Part shown: positions 1 to 11,893 of the stretch, one piece after another
Position numbering within the stretch: position 1 is the first letter of the stretch
Layout: the number at the start of each line of letters is the position of its first letter
Assembly (NCBI RefSeq): GCF_000002075.1
Contig: NW_004798010.1
Span: forward strand, 24,836 to 88,835
Source: Aplysia californica
Lineage: Eukaryota
Direction of reading: 5' to 3'
Length of the DNA stretch: 64,000 bases
The notes under the pieces: generated by a model
The model's database searches: none
What the model saw: the letters and a program-made list of their open reading frames with translations, nothing else
What the model was told of the DNA's origin: nothing
Position numbers and translations under genes: made by a program

Positions 1-50
<50 letters not shown>
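1..50. repeat. (AG)n microsatellite. Others: (TAT)n 8915-9030, (GA)n 28802-28853, (GT)n 35340-35400 and 59664-59727, (AAT/CAT)n 48090-48255, (AC)n 55276-55350, (TC)n 55825-55890, (TTC)n 62140-62228.
   Basis: Directly visible. Confidence 0.95.
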
Positions 51-54
<4 letters not shown>

Positions 55-316
55 TTGCTGACATGTCTGCTGCGAAAGTTCAACCAACCTAACCATTATT
101 CAACTAGTCACTTATAAAGGGACCAAGTGAATAGTACGCTTAGGAGCTGTTTCAGTCTCAACTGTAGACCATTCACCCAAGTACGGTATCATGTCTCTTC
201 CCTTGTGTAAGTATCATGTCTTTTCCCTTGTGCAAGTATCATATCCTTCCTTCTAAGTAAGTATCAAGTCTTTTCTCCCTGTCTAATGTAGTATCGTGTC
301 TCTTTCCCCTGTGTAG

Positions 317-427
<111 letters not shown>

Positions 428-802
428 TAGTACTGTCTGTTTGTTAGTATCAGAAGTCTGTGGCAGGTGGTTGGTGGGTGCTCTGGTGTAGTTTGCTCCT
501 TGTTTCCGATCAGACTTCTTTTGTCCTTAATTTCTCGTCCGTGTTTTTTGTGTTTGTTATTCTCTTGTAACGTAACACCTCTAATCTTGGCGCGTATATG
601 ACCTAATTGTGTTGCATGTGTCGTAAAACATTTACTAAAACATGAAATAAGTAGAAAAATTGGCTCAGTTGATTTCTCTTTAATTATCAAAACTGTTGTG
701 TTAACTTTTAGTTGATGTGCCTTTCATCATTTTTAGAAAGTTATGTAATGTTTAAAAGACACGACCCCGTAAAATAATTGTACATTTGTTTCTCTTTTCC
801 AG

Positions 803-828
803 ATGACCATCAAAACTTCCAGGGCAAA
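803..828 (+). CDS. CAMKK2: CaMKK 26-nt micro-exon
   Basis: ttttccag|AT GAC CAT CAA AAC TTC CAG GGC AAA|gtaagt = (D)DHQNFQGK. Bridges phase 1 to phase 0 and corresponds to the ...FSGK segment before ALD. Confidence 0.9.
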
Positions 829-1873
829 GTAAGTTTCTTAGTTCTTTCATCAGATTTTTCTAATTCCCTTCTTTCTGCCCTCAAGTTTTACTGGCCAACA
901 AAATCTCAAATTGCTGTTTGGAAGCAAAAAAATGTAAATACGCAATTAAGATTATAACTATAGAGTCATTAGTTGTGTGTGTAACCTGTAGATACGAAGT
1001 AAAAGGACAAACGTGCAGAGATATAAACCAAGCCATAGTATGAACTGATCTGACAATAACCAACTTGTGACCCGCATGTTTTTATAATCTTATGCAGTTG
1101 CGAGCGCCAAACAACTGTTACCAAACTGAAAATTAAATAATCTTATGCAGTTGCAATCACAGTAAAACTTTAACCAAATCGAGAAAGAGATATATCAGTG
1201 TGAACCTTAACCTGTGCCACTGACTTTTATAAGGAGGTTATAGATACCTTGCATTTATTGTTTTAGAAGCGAGAACTTTCAGGTATTCCAAAAGCATCAC
1301 TAGACGCAACTGCTGTTGTCATGATCTTCTTGAGTACTTTGAGCTGAAACCACAAGGGCATAAGTTTTATTTTAAGACTTCTTGTCTTTTTGGGAAAAAA
1401 TGTTGTTTTTTTTCATTTAAATAAAATTAATGAAGAGAACTCATTATTCTTTGACTTCTTGAATGAAGTTTGGCTTTTATTGTCATGTATTTACTCTCAA
1501 AACATACAACATGGCACTTTGAAATTAATTTTAACACTACCGCATTTCTAGGTAGCTTTGATCAGTTTTAATACTTTGGCATCATTAGTCATTTCTGTCG
1601 CAATATGACCTATTTGATTTAGATATAGCTTTATTCAGTGACCAACGCCTCTGAAAAGATTTTTAAAGCATTTTTCTATTCTGTTTACTTTCAAACAATC
1701 TCCTTCTGGATTTAGACGGATCATTATGTTATCGGTCGGTCTGGATAAAAATCATGGCCTTTCCTCTAAACATATTATATTTCGCTGTCGTTTCCCCCTC
1801 CCCCTCCCCTTCCCCCCTCCTCCATCCCTGTCTCCATCCCTGTGTGTGACCTTAACCACGTCATGTTTTTCAG

Positions 1874-2001
1874 GCTCTGGACATCTGGGCAATGGGAGTG
1901 ACTCTGTACTGCTTTGCCTATGGGAAAGTGCCTTTTGAAGAGGAGTATGTCTTGGGCCTGCATAAAAAGATTCTCAAGGATGAGGTTCGGTTCCCAGACA
2001 G
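1874..2001 (+). CDS. CAMKK2: CaMKK coding exon (subdomains IX-X)
   Basis: tttttcag|ALDIWAMGVTLYCFAYGKVPFEEEYVLGLHKKILKDEVRFPD|gtctgt, ends in phase 2. Confidence 0.95.
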
Positions 2002-2538
2002 GTCTGTATCTTTTATCATAATTTTAGAATATTTTTACATCCCTTTCAACTCAGTATAACTTTGGAGTCACAAGCAATCCACTTAAGTCAGTTTGATTAC
2101 TTTTTCCATTGGAGACAAAAAAAAGAAAGATTATGTTCCTCTAACAGGAATTGAACATATGTGCCCTTACTTCTTTTTTTTAACTTAATGAGTAATTTTG
2201 GTATCATTTGGTCATGTTTGGTATTGGTTTGAAACCGGTTTCAACCCTGTTAGTTTATGGATCCTCTGATATGACGTCACCAGCACCATTCCACAATCTC
2301 AAAAATCAGTTTCTCAGGGTTTCCAGAAAATGTTGTTATTCATGTAAAGTGAAGAAGGGGCATCTTACAATATTCTTTATTTTTGTGTTGTTTAAATTTC
2401 CTTCCTAGTTATTAACTAAAAAGTCACAACTTGCCAAGTCATATAGTTTTGATCAGACGATCTTTTTTTTCTTTAAGTTCTCAAAATTTTAAAAAATGAA
2501 TTAGTGGTAGGCAGTGGTGGAATGACGCTAACTAAATA

Positions 2539-2853
2539 TGTGTCACGACGCAGTGGAATCAGGTGCTCATCAATTTTTGGGCATGTGGAGTTATTGGTAT
2601 CATATAAAAGCTTAGGCCTGTTAATTTGCCTTGTTTTCAATGAAAAAAATACCCATCGATCTTGAATAGAGGTTAAGATATTTGCAACTGAAGGGACCGG
2701 GGTACTCATGGAAATATATTATTATATGGGCACAAAACGTGTTGAGCCAAAAATCAAAATTTCGATAAAAATTGCCAAATTGGAGGAAAAAAATGCCTGT
2801 TTCTTCGTTTTTGATATTTTGATGAGCATCTGATTTCACCACGATGCCCCACA
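2539..2853 (+). mobile_element. MITE family A (TGTG..CACA termini), internally deleted copy
   Basis: Imperfect TIRs TGTGTCACGACGCAGTGGAATCAGG / TGATTTCACCACGATGCCCCACA; TA on both flanks. Confidence 0.85.
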
Positions 2854-3119
2854 TATGGATGGATAGAGCAAAGTGGGTGTTGAATAATTACTGTTTCCCT
2901 ACAAAAGTTCATGAATGTCTCATTAAGGGATTCTGTTCTTCATATCGATAAATAGAAGATTGGGATTTCTCATTATACTTTTTCTGATTTATCTTTACAG
3001 GCTTATGTTGTGTACCTGAAGCTGACTATATTGCTATAGTAGTTCGTTGGGACATTTGTGAAATCTCTTTTCTTCAATGTTTTAGTGTAAATAATATCTA
3101 CTCTTTTCCATGTTTTCAG

Positions 3120-3207
3120 CCCGGAGGTAAGCAAGGAACTAAAAGATATTATTCTTCGGATGTTGGACAAAAATCCAAGCACCAGAATAACTCTTTCCCA
3201 GCTGAAG
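3120..3207 (+). CDS. CAMKK2: CaMKK coding exon (subdomain XI)
   Basis: ttttcag|(S)PEVSKELKDIILRMLDKNPSTRITLSQLK|gtaata. Confidence 0.95.
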
Positions 3208-4108
3208 GTAATAATAAAAATAAAATTGGACATTTATTGTATCGCTTAAAATTAACTCTGATTAAAATACACATATAGGCTCTTGTTCTGAAGAGCAGCC
3301 TGCAGTTGCCATGAAACTTTCAGACTTCTGTTTGCAAAATATTGTTAATTGATGGTAAATGTTCTTTGCCTCTCTAAGTACACTAATATCTATATTATCA
3401 ACCATTTAGAAGGTCGATCCTTTTCAGTTTGCCTCTCTGGAGCAACCTGGGCTGAGTGGAATACATATATTTTTATCAATGGACAAAGATACTAGATAAA
3501 GTGATTTTCACTTGAGGGAATAGAATTCGATACTTTCTGTGCACTACAGCAAGATCATAACCTTTACACCACAGACACTAGTAGGCCTACACAAAGTATG
3601 GTTTGGCATTATAATGACATTGGGTAAGATACCACTTTTTTCCTCGACTGTGGGTGGCCATCTTATATAGCATTGATCGTATATTCATTTTAATAAGATA
3701 TACATACAGCTGCTGCCTAATCCATTAAGAGCTTAATTTACCTCTTAGTATAGCCTTTTTAAGACCTATCAGATGGTACCTCTGTTCCAACCAACATTAT
3801 CATTATGCCAAGCACACCATGGCAGCATCCAGTACTGTTTGCAATAAGTTCATTACTATAAGATGAATATTCTAAGGTGTGATTCACAAGAGGTAGGGTA
3901 CCGTGCAAAGATTTTCACTACTACAGCAACAAATGATTGAAGAACCACAAACTCAGACAAATATCAGTCCTTATATTCCCATGCACAGGTGAGTGTCATC
4001 CATCTAAAAAGGGGAAAAAGAAAAAAGAATTAAAATCAAGAAAAAGTGAACACATGCACACTCGTCCCAAAAGCACATGGTGTTACCTCCAACATTTAAC
4101 CTCCTCAG

Positions 4109-4237
4109 GATGACCCTTGGGTCACTTGCAGCAGTCAGTTCCCCCTGCCCAGTGAGGAGGCCAACTGTGAGCTGGTGACCATTACGGAGGAGGATGTGGA
4201 GAATGTGGTCAAGCATGTTCCCAAGATAGAAACTCTG
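4109..4237 (+). CDS. CAMKK2: CaMKK coding exon (end of kinase domain, autoinhibitory segment)
   Basis: ctcag|DDPWVTCSSQFPLPSEEANCELVTITEEDVENVVKHVPKIETL|gtaggt; resembles CaMKK HPWVT..PLPSE..NC.LVEVTEEEVENSVKHIPSL. Confidence 0.95.
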
Positions 4238-4459
4238 GTAGGTTACTGACAAGTTATATATTAATATCTTAGTATATTTGCTACTGACTATCCTACTGCT
4301 GAATGTAAAGTGAATTCCCAAGATAGAAACACTTGTAGGTAGCCTGAAAATTATATTATATTAATATCTTAGTATCTTCTAAACTGACTTCCCTACTGCT
4401 GGACATGGTCAAGCAAGTTCCCAAAGAAATGCTGGTAGATGACTGACAAATGATATAGA

Positions 4460-4750
4460 CTGCTCAGTGTAAGACTCTCTCATACATCACTTTTTAAAGG
4501 AGTATAATAGTAAGCAGTGGGTGTATTAATTAATATCTTAACATCTTAGCTACCAGCTATACGATTGCTGAGTGACCAGCCAGGACTATGGTTGTTATCC
4601 CTGTTTGTAGGGAACAGAGTACTTGGTAGGCCTACCCATCATTAAAGTTGCAACAATTTTAGTTTTAACAAACGTTTTCATAGCTAAGTGTAAGACTCCG
4701 CCTTACACCATTTTTAGAAATGACATATGATGGAGTCTTACATTGAGCAG
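4460..4750. mobile_element. Small inverted-repeat element (MITE-like)
   Basis: CTGCTCAGTGTAAGACTC ... GAGTCTTACATTGAGCAG, with a third internal copy at ~4683. Confidence 0.55.
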
Positions 4751-5168
4751 TTGTTTTTTATTTTCTTAATGAGCTGATATGTTTTTACTTCTTTAGTTAA
4801 AGTTTGGAGAACGTGGACTAGATTTACAATTGGGGAGTTTATTGTGTTTTCATGTGACTTTTAGCTTTAAATTCAATCCACTAGGTGTGGTATTTCATCT
4901 TTAATAGATAGCATGTTTTCAAAGTTCTGAATAATCTAGCTAGCTACTTAATTTGATTTTTCCTTTCTTCATGTTAGTTCAAGTTTGGAAATGAAGAATA
5001 AAATTATGATTTTTGAAATATATTTAACTATTTTAGATTTAAACTACTCTATGTGATATTTTATTTCAACAATAAGGGTATGTTAAAGGTTTTTTAGTAA
5101 TTTAAAACGAAATGCTTGTCTTTTTTGTACTAGGAAAAAATCTTTTACAATTTTTTGCTCTGTTTCAG

Positions 5169-5311
5169 ATTATGGTAAAGAAAATCCTCAAGCAGAAATC
5201 ATTCCGTAACCCGTTCATTGCTGCCAAACTAAGTGCCAGTGTCAAAGAAGAATTCCAGAAAACTGGGCGCTCCAACTCAGCGCCGGAGTCTTTCAGTCAC
5301 ATCATGAGGAG
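5169..5311 (+). CDS. CAMKK2: CaMKK coding exon (CaM-binding region, 14-3-3 motif)
   Basis: tttcag|IMVKKILKQKSFRNPF...GRSNSAPESFSHIMR|gtgagg; contains the SF.NPF and RS.SAP motifs of the CaMKK tail. Confidence 0.93.
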
Positions 5312-5724
5312 GTGAGGTCTCGTTTTTTGTTTGTTACCTCACGTTTTTGAGCCCCATCTTCCATCACCTACAAATATTTTACTTTCTCATCTTTTTGTCT
5401 GTCTGTATTCCCAGCTGTAATTGTTGCCTAGTGTTATTGTGATGTCACGCCTGTTTTTACCCCAGCTAAGAAAAACTAAAAATTCATCAGTGCCTTTTGT
5501 GTGTAATGGTTTCACACTTTGCAGTAGAGGGAAATAATGCAAATTTGAGTTCTTCATGGTAGTAACTATAACAGACCTCCTCCATCTACCCCGATCTCAA
5601 CCTCCATCTACCACGAACTCAATGACATTTCATGAGGTTTTTGACAATGAAGTACCACCAATAGTAAATAAATGCTGATCTAATTAAATAACTTTAGGTT
5701 TTGTGGCTAGACAGACCTAAAAAG

Positions 5725-5906
5725 GTGGGTGGTTGGCGGGTGCTCTGGTGTGGTTTGCTTCTTCTTTCCTATCAAACGTCTATCGTCCTTATCTCCCCTG
5801 CTTCTTTTTTGTGTTTGTTACTCTCTTGTAACACCTCTAATCTTCGGCACTTATATGACCTTATTGTGTTGCAAGTGCCGTAAAACTCTTACTAAAACTA
5901 AACTAA
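5725..5906 (+). mobile_element. SINE-like family B (~180 bp). Other copies ~466, 29181, 31175, 32722 (minus), 35575, 36479, 39307, 41259, 46875, 52040, 53961, 55072.
   Basis: GTGGGTGGTTGGCGGGTGCTCTGG...ATATGACCTTATTGTGTTGCAAGTGCCGTAAAAC plus (AAACT)n tail; 12-bp TSD AGACCTAAAAAG. Confidence 0.85.
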
Positions 5907-6684
5907 AGACCTAAAAAGCAGAGGCTACTACTACGCTGGGATGAAAGGATCCTTCACTCTTAGAAACAACTTTTGTTTGACTTTGTCTTTGGTGATATAA
6001 TGACCTTCACCTCCATTTTGAACCAATCTCTTTATTGAATGGTCAAGCTCTTTGTTATTGCACACACAAGTTGTTATTTAGCTTATTATACTGAATGGGG
6101 AAGTTGTCATATTGAATGTTTCCTCCTGTCTACCTAACTGATGTATTCCATTCGGCTGGAATTGGCTCTGGCTGGCAGGGTATAAGTAGCCCATCCCCTT
6201 TATAACCTAAATTGTGTTAACTGAGATGTAATTAGCAAGCAGTTAATGAAATCAGGCTCAAAATAAATGTCAAGCATGCATCAATGAGACAGCGTTTTGA
6301 TGGGTGGTTACTGCGGTGTGTCCTTGAGCAAGACATATCAACCCTAGTTAAAAAAATAGGATGCTGCACAGTGGTGACCAATATTGGTGTGTTTGTTGTA
6401 AATCTGTTTCAGTATGTATTTATCTATGTATTTATGTAGGCTACTCTATTTTTAGGCCTATGTATAATATGTTATGCAATTGCAAACAAAATTTTTCTCA
6501 TGCTGATCTAAAAAGTAGAATTTGATTCATTTATTTTCTATTTATCATTAACTAAAACATTTATTATCTAATGCTTAGTAATGTTGAGGAATTGTAATAC
6601 ATGACTTCATAATATTGTCAGGTAGATGTGACGAAGAACTTCTCATTCACTGTTTAACTGAGTCTGATGATCTGTTCTTTGCAG

Positions 6685-6736
6685 GAAAGTTTCCTCCGAT
6701 GCCAACATCGACGTTCCACTGATGGAAGACAGTTGA
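6685..6736 (+). CDS. CAMKK2: CaMKK probable terminal coding exon
   Basis: ctttgcag|G AAA GTT TCC...AGT TGA = (R)KVSSDANIDVPLMEDS*; phase-compatible with the previous exon. Confidence 0.75.
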
Positions 6737-7423
6737 TGATGTGGTGGTCAGCTAGCTTCATAAGTAATCGCTGAGCTCACAAACTGGTACCGTTATCAAG
6801 AGCCATGACATGACAATGCTGTTGCTGTGTGACACAAATCTTCATGGTCGCTGTTTTATTCCATAATGATTGGTGATTAAAAGCTCATATCAGGGAGGCC
6901 TTATGGAAGGATTGTACGAGAATGTGACTGATATATGAAGCACCACATGTGAATGGAATCCACCCACTGATTCATTCAGTATGCCTTCTGTGGGGTATTT
7001 GAGTGAAACTGAGAACTGTTTATTTTCCACTACCAGTACCCAGCACTTTATGACGTCAGAACTGCCCATTATATCTGATCACAAACACTGAGAAAATTCT
7101 CCAGGAAATAACTCACTGAGGCTGACAGATTCCACAACAGTGCCCATGGCACTGACTGGCAATGTTTTCTATTTCTTGTTGGAAAGGATCAGAAGGCTTT
7201 CATTCATGGATATACTACAACTTTTGACCCAAGCCCAAACTATTAATCTGGCAGAGTTCTAGTATGCTGCAAGACCTTAAAACGATGGGAGTTTATCTCC
7301 CTTAAGATTTTAGTGACACCGGAACTCTGTTCTTCTGTGGCCTCCAGGATATCATATCAGATCTCCAGCCAGTTTACAGCTGACCTCTATTAAGCTCTAC
7401 TTTGTGAAATGGAAAGTTACTTA

Positions 7424-7797
7424 CCCCTTCATGGCCTATATGACGTACGCCATTCATCATTTTTTCTTACCCAGGGAAGGAGCCAAGATGCTGCTGTGAC
7501 GTGCGGCATTCGTCATGCCTTGTGAAGTATGTGAGGACCATGATGACGAATGCCACTCTTCATAGGCTGTATTCTGAGTACTGTTTCTAATAGATGCATT
7601 TAGTAAAACTAATAGCAGATAGAATTTTTTTTTCCATACAAAGAATACATTTTTCCGTTTTAAAGACAGTTAAAAGTATTTAAAAACTGGGTCTAATTGT
7701 AGACACAACTGACCACTAAGTCTAGAGCTACTCTTTGTCCTTGGGGATCCAAAACTGTGCACAGTGAAGCACGAACAAGCCCAGTGTCATGAAGGGG
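7424..7797. mobile_element. Decayed piggyBac-like MITE downstream of the CaMKK stop
   Basis: TTA|CCCCTTCATG ... CATGAAGGGG|TTA; internal inverted repeat GGCATTCGTCAT / ATGACGAATGCC. Confidence 0.55.
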
Positions 7798-7976
7798 TTA
7801 TGGAATTAATTACTATTTACATCCTATAAAGAAATCTGGGCAAAGTAGAGTATTATGGGGAAAAGATCTGATATAAGAACATTCTTTTAAATTTGTTTTC
7901 TTTTATTCTGAGAGATGTATTTTTCTCTGCAACTGCGATTCTGCAAGTATAAATAGAGATTCCATTTATTAGTATT

Positions 7977-8380
7977 TGTGTCGCAATGTGGTGGAATCAG
8001 GCGCTTGTTAATTTGTGGTATCATTATTGGTATCATTTTAAAACCTGTTCATCTGACTTCCTTTTGGTGAAAAGATATCCATTTTTCTTGAAAAAAAGTA
8101 GAAATAATTATGATTGAAGAATTTGCAAGAAAATGGCCGCCAAAGTTTGATAACTTCCACATCCTGAGATTCCTTGGAAACTGAAAATTTACATTTTTTG
8201 TGCCTTTAAGCAATGATTTTCCTGTAAAATCCAAGCAAAAATGTGTTTTTAAATGGACTTTATAGATTATTGGGCCAAAGACAGAAAATTTGAAAAAAAT
8301 TGCCCATCGGCCCCCAAAAATGCCAATTTTTAAACTTTAATTATTTTGATGAGTGCCTGATTTCACCACAATGCCTCACA
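7977..8380 (+). mobile_element. MITE family A
   Basis: Same TIRs and internal AAATGGCCGCCAAAGTTTG core; TT on both flanks. Confidence 0.85.
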
Positions 8381-9703
8381 TTTAGCTTTTGCACATTATT
8401 GCAAAAGGTTGAAAAAAACCAGAGCTTTGACAAATAAACACACTTTCATCATTCTGATGCTGGATTTGTTTGATTCTTTAGATGAACCAACACCTGAAAG
8501 TAAAAGAAGGTCTGTTCGGCTTTCTGGATTTTAAAAAAAAAGATAAAAATTAGACAATTTTGGGAGAAACATGTTTTAGTTCGCAAAAATACTGTTAACA
8601 TTTACCACCTATGAGGGGGAATTATGAGAAATACTTTGACAGCATTTGTTTCTTTTGCAGGATACTCTAAAGCCTTAAGTATTTGGTGATCCTGGACTTA
8701 AAATGATCCCACACTACAAGTATTGCATCATTATTTTCTTTATTACTGTTTTTATCCCCTTTGTTATAGTTTAATAATTATTATGATGGTTACTAGTGAT
8801 GATAATCATAATAATACATTTAGAATTAGGCCTACCTGTTTTATTTTTAAAAATATTATTGGATTACGAACATAACTCTTATTATGGTTTTTATAGGCTA
8901 TTACTTAATGATAATAGTAATTATTATCCTTATTATTATTATTATAATTATTATTATTATTATCATTATTATTGTTATCATTGTTATTATTAATGTTATT
9001 ATCATTGTTATTATTATCATTGTTATTGCTACTGTTCCTATTATTGATGATATATGCGCACTTGTAAAAAGTCTAAGACATGGGGCTGATACCCTCGGAT
9101 AAGGATGGATTTTTTCTTCAGAGTCCAGCCATCTGCGAGATCTAATGTGGCCTTCTGTGTTGTGTTGCACAGTGTTGTTTTTGCACCAATCCATATCATG
9201 GTCATTTGTACAGTTAGAAGAAAACGTGTCACTAGTGACATAAGAGAGAAAAATCACACGCAAACGTCCATTTCTTGATGGATTTTTATGTGCATACAAA
9301 CAGCTTTGTCTATTTCAATTTAAATTGTATATTGAAAACTAGTCTTTTAAAAGTTTCAAATTAACTACCCAATCTTAGATTTTTTTTAAAATGTTTTCCT
9401 TCACATTTTTTTTTTCACGGATGTTTTTAACTGATAAGCGTAGAGACCCCACAATGTTTGAATATTAGAGAACCAGTAATTTACGCTGTAATGAATAGGA
9501 TCTTAACCATGCATGGGATAGGTACGAATTCTGTTTCCCACACTGAGAAGATATATTTAACCAGGTATATTATCCATTTTTTTGTTGGGATGTTGCACTC
9601 CACACTCACAGCCTGGGGTTCTGTATGTTGGCAAAGTGGAATCAGCCTGTGTCCTGTCTATGGGTTAGATTATGTTAGGAGAGGCATATATAATATTAAC
9701 AGT

Positions 9704-10146
9704 TGTGAGGCATCGTGGTAAAATCAAGTGCTCGTCAAAATAATTAAATCCAAGAAAATGGCATTTTTCCTGCAGTTTGGCAATTTTAACCAAAATTTTG
9801 GGTTTTGGTCCAATACCTTTTATGTCCATATATAAGCACATTTCATGTGAATTTTACTGAAAGACATTGATCAGTGGTAAAAAATATGTCAGTTTTTAGT
9901 TTTCAAGGACTCTCAAATATTATTGAACTTACCAAACTTTGGCTGCCATTTTCTCACCAATTTTATCACTGAAACCAGGCTACCCCCACCTCCTTCAATC
10001 GCAAATATCGCGACTTCTTTTCAAGATACAAAGGTTGTATCTTTTTGCATAGAAAACAAGGAAAATGAATAGGCTTTCAGATGATACCAATAACTCCACA
10101 TGACACGAAAATTGACGAGCACCTGATTCCACCGCGTCATGACACA
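9704..10146 (-). mobile_element. MITE family A (inverted)
   Basis: Reverse complement of the family A consensus. Confidence 0.85.
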
Positions 10147-11115
10147 ATGATTTTGTAGGTAACAGTAAAACAAAGATGAAAAGATTCTAGTGTTCTGACT
10201 TAGATAGCCTTTAACCTGAGCTGTTCCGAAAGACATGTCTGTTTGTGCACATGAAGCCATCAATGTATTTTTACACCACAAGGCACCTTCTCTCGTGTGA
10301 TTCCCTCCCCTTATGCAAAAAAACCATCTATTCCCTTTGAGTACGTTGACTCCTCCTATGCATAAATGTAAAAAGATCATGTGTGGATTCCTCATCTGCA
10401 ATTTGTGCGTTCATTTTCTTATTCATTTTTTGAGTTAATTATTTGTGCTATCCTGAGATTCATATAATTTATGTCTGTCTTTGCTTCATTTGATTCACTC
10501 TGATGTAAAGAATTGTTAATTTTTTTTTTTTAGCTACTTGAGTTTGCTTTATTGCTTTGAAAAATAGAAAATGAATTGTCCTTACTTCATGTAAATTCAA
10601 AGGGGCTACCCAGAATTATATTTGTGAAATTGTCAGGCTTTTCTCCCTTGCACTTGGAAGAAGTGAGTTTGATTCTCATACGAGAAATTTTCAGTTCTTT
10701 TGTCAAGTATCTCCGTCTTGTCTTTTGGAATCCCTCTCAGCCTGGCCAGGTTGACCTTTGACCGGCAAACTTGGAGCAGCCCGCCTCCTAAACTGTGTCA
10801 ATAGGGATGTAGACTTTTTTTATTTTTTAAAACAAACGTAAATGCTTTTACTCCCCATTGACACAGTTTAGATCATTTATGCAGTGGGCTTTGACCTGCC
10901 TGTTGTTAGGGCTAACCTGGGCTGATAGAGAAACAACATTATGGCTGAAAGACCTTATAGATACTCAATACAAATTCTCCCCGCGAGAGAACCAAACTTG
11001 TGCCTCCAGTGTGCAATGGTGAAGTGCCTAACTGCTTCACCACTCACGCTAGTGTCGAGCCTCTGTCCAGTAGCAACAACAAAAATGTTGGTATTTCTTT
11101 AGGTTTAGATTGTTT

Positions 11116-11428
11116 GGAACCCCTTTGTTCCATTCCGGAACTTTCTTATCCCAAATTTAGAGACTCGGAACCCCCTTTGTTCCATTCCGGACCTTTCTTA
11201 TCCCAAATTTAGAGACTCGGAACCCCCTTTGTTCCATTCCGGAACTTTCTTATCCCAAATTTAGAGACTCGGAACCCCCTTTGTTCAATTCCGGAACTTT
11301 CTTATCCCAAATTTAGAGACTCGGAACCCCCTTTGTTCCATTCCGGACCTTTCTTATCCCAAATTTAGAGACTCGGAACCCCCTTTGTTCCATTCCGGAC
11401 CTTTCTTATCCCAAATTTAGAGACTCGG
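11116..11428. repeat. 52-bp minisatellite, 6 near-identical units
   Basis: Unit GGAACCCCCTTTGTTCCATTCCGGA(A/C)CTTTCTTATCCCAAATTTAGAGACTC. Confidence 0.95.
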
Positions 11429-11446
11429 AGAAGTACTGCTGCTGTA

Positions 11447-11893
11447 TGTGAAGTATCATAGTGAAATCAGGCGCTATTTAAAATAATGAAATCAAAGCAA
11501 TTGACATTTTTCTGGCTATTTGGCAATTTTTAATTTAAACGTATTTTTATTTTTAGTTCAACACCGTTTATGTCCATTTAAAAACACAAATATGTGTGGA
11601 TTTTACTGAAAAACGTTGCTAAAAAAAGGCACACTTAATGTAAATTTCCAGTTTCCAAGTACACTCAAACTCTGAAAGTCATCAAACTTTGGTAGTTATT
11701 TTCTCGCTAATTTTACCTCTGACAACGCGCGGCCCCCACCTTCTTCAAATGCAAATACCTCAACTTCTAATCTAGATAAATGGGCATTTTTTTTCCATCA
11801 AATGCAAGACAAGTGAACAAGCTTTAAGATGATATTTATAACTCAATGTGTCAAAAAATTGGCGAGGGTCTGATTTCACTGCGTTGTGATACA
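11447..11893 (-). mobile_element. MITE family A (inverted)
   Basis: Reverse complement of the family A consensus. Confidence 0.8.

Noticed and set aside
8796-9299. Ile/Tyr-rich ORFs
   Set aside because: Translations of a (TAT)n microsatellite.
11116-11428. CRISPR-like array
   Set aside because: Units are contiguous with no unique spacers, there are no cas genes, and the context is eukaryotic.
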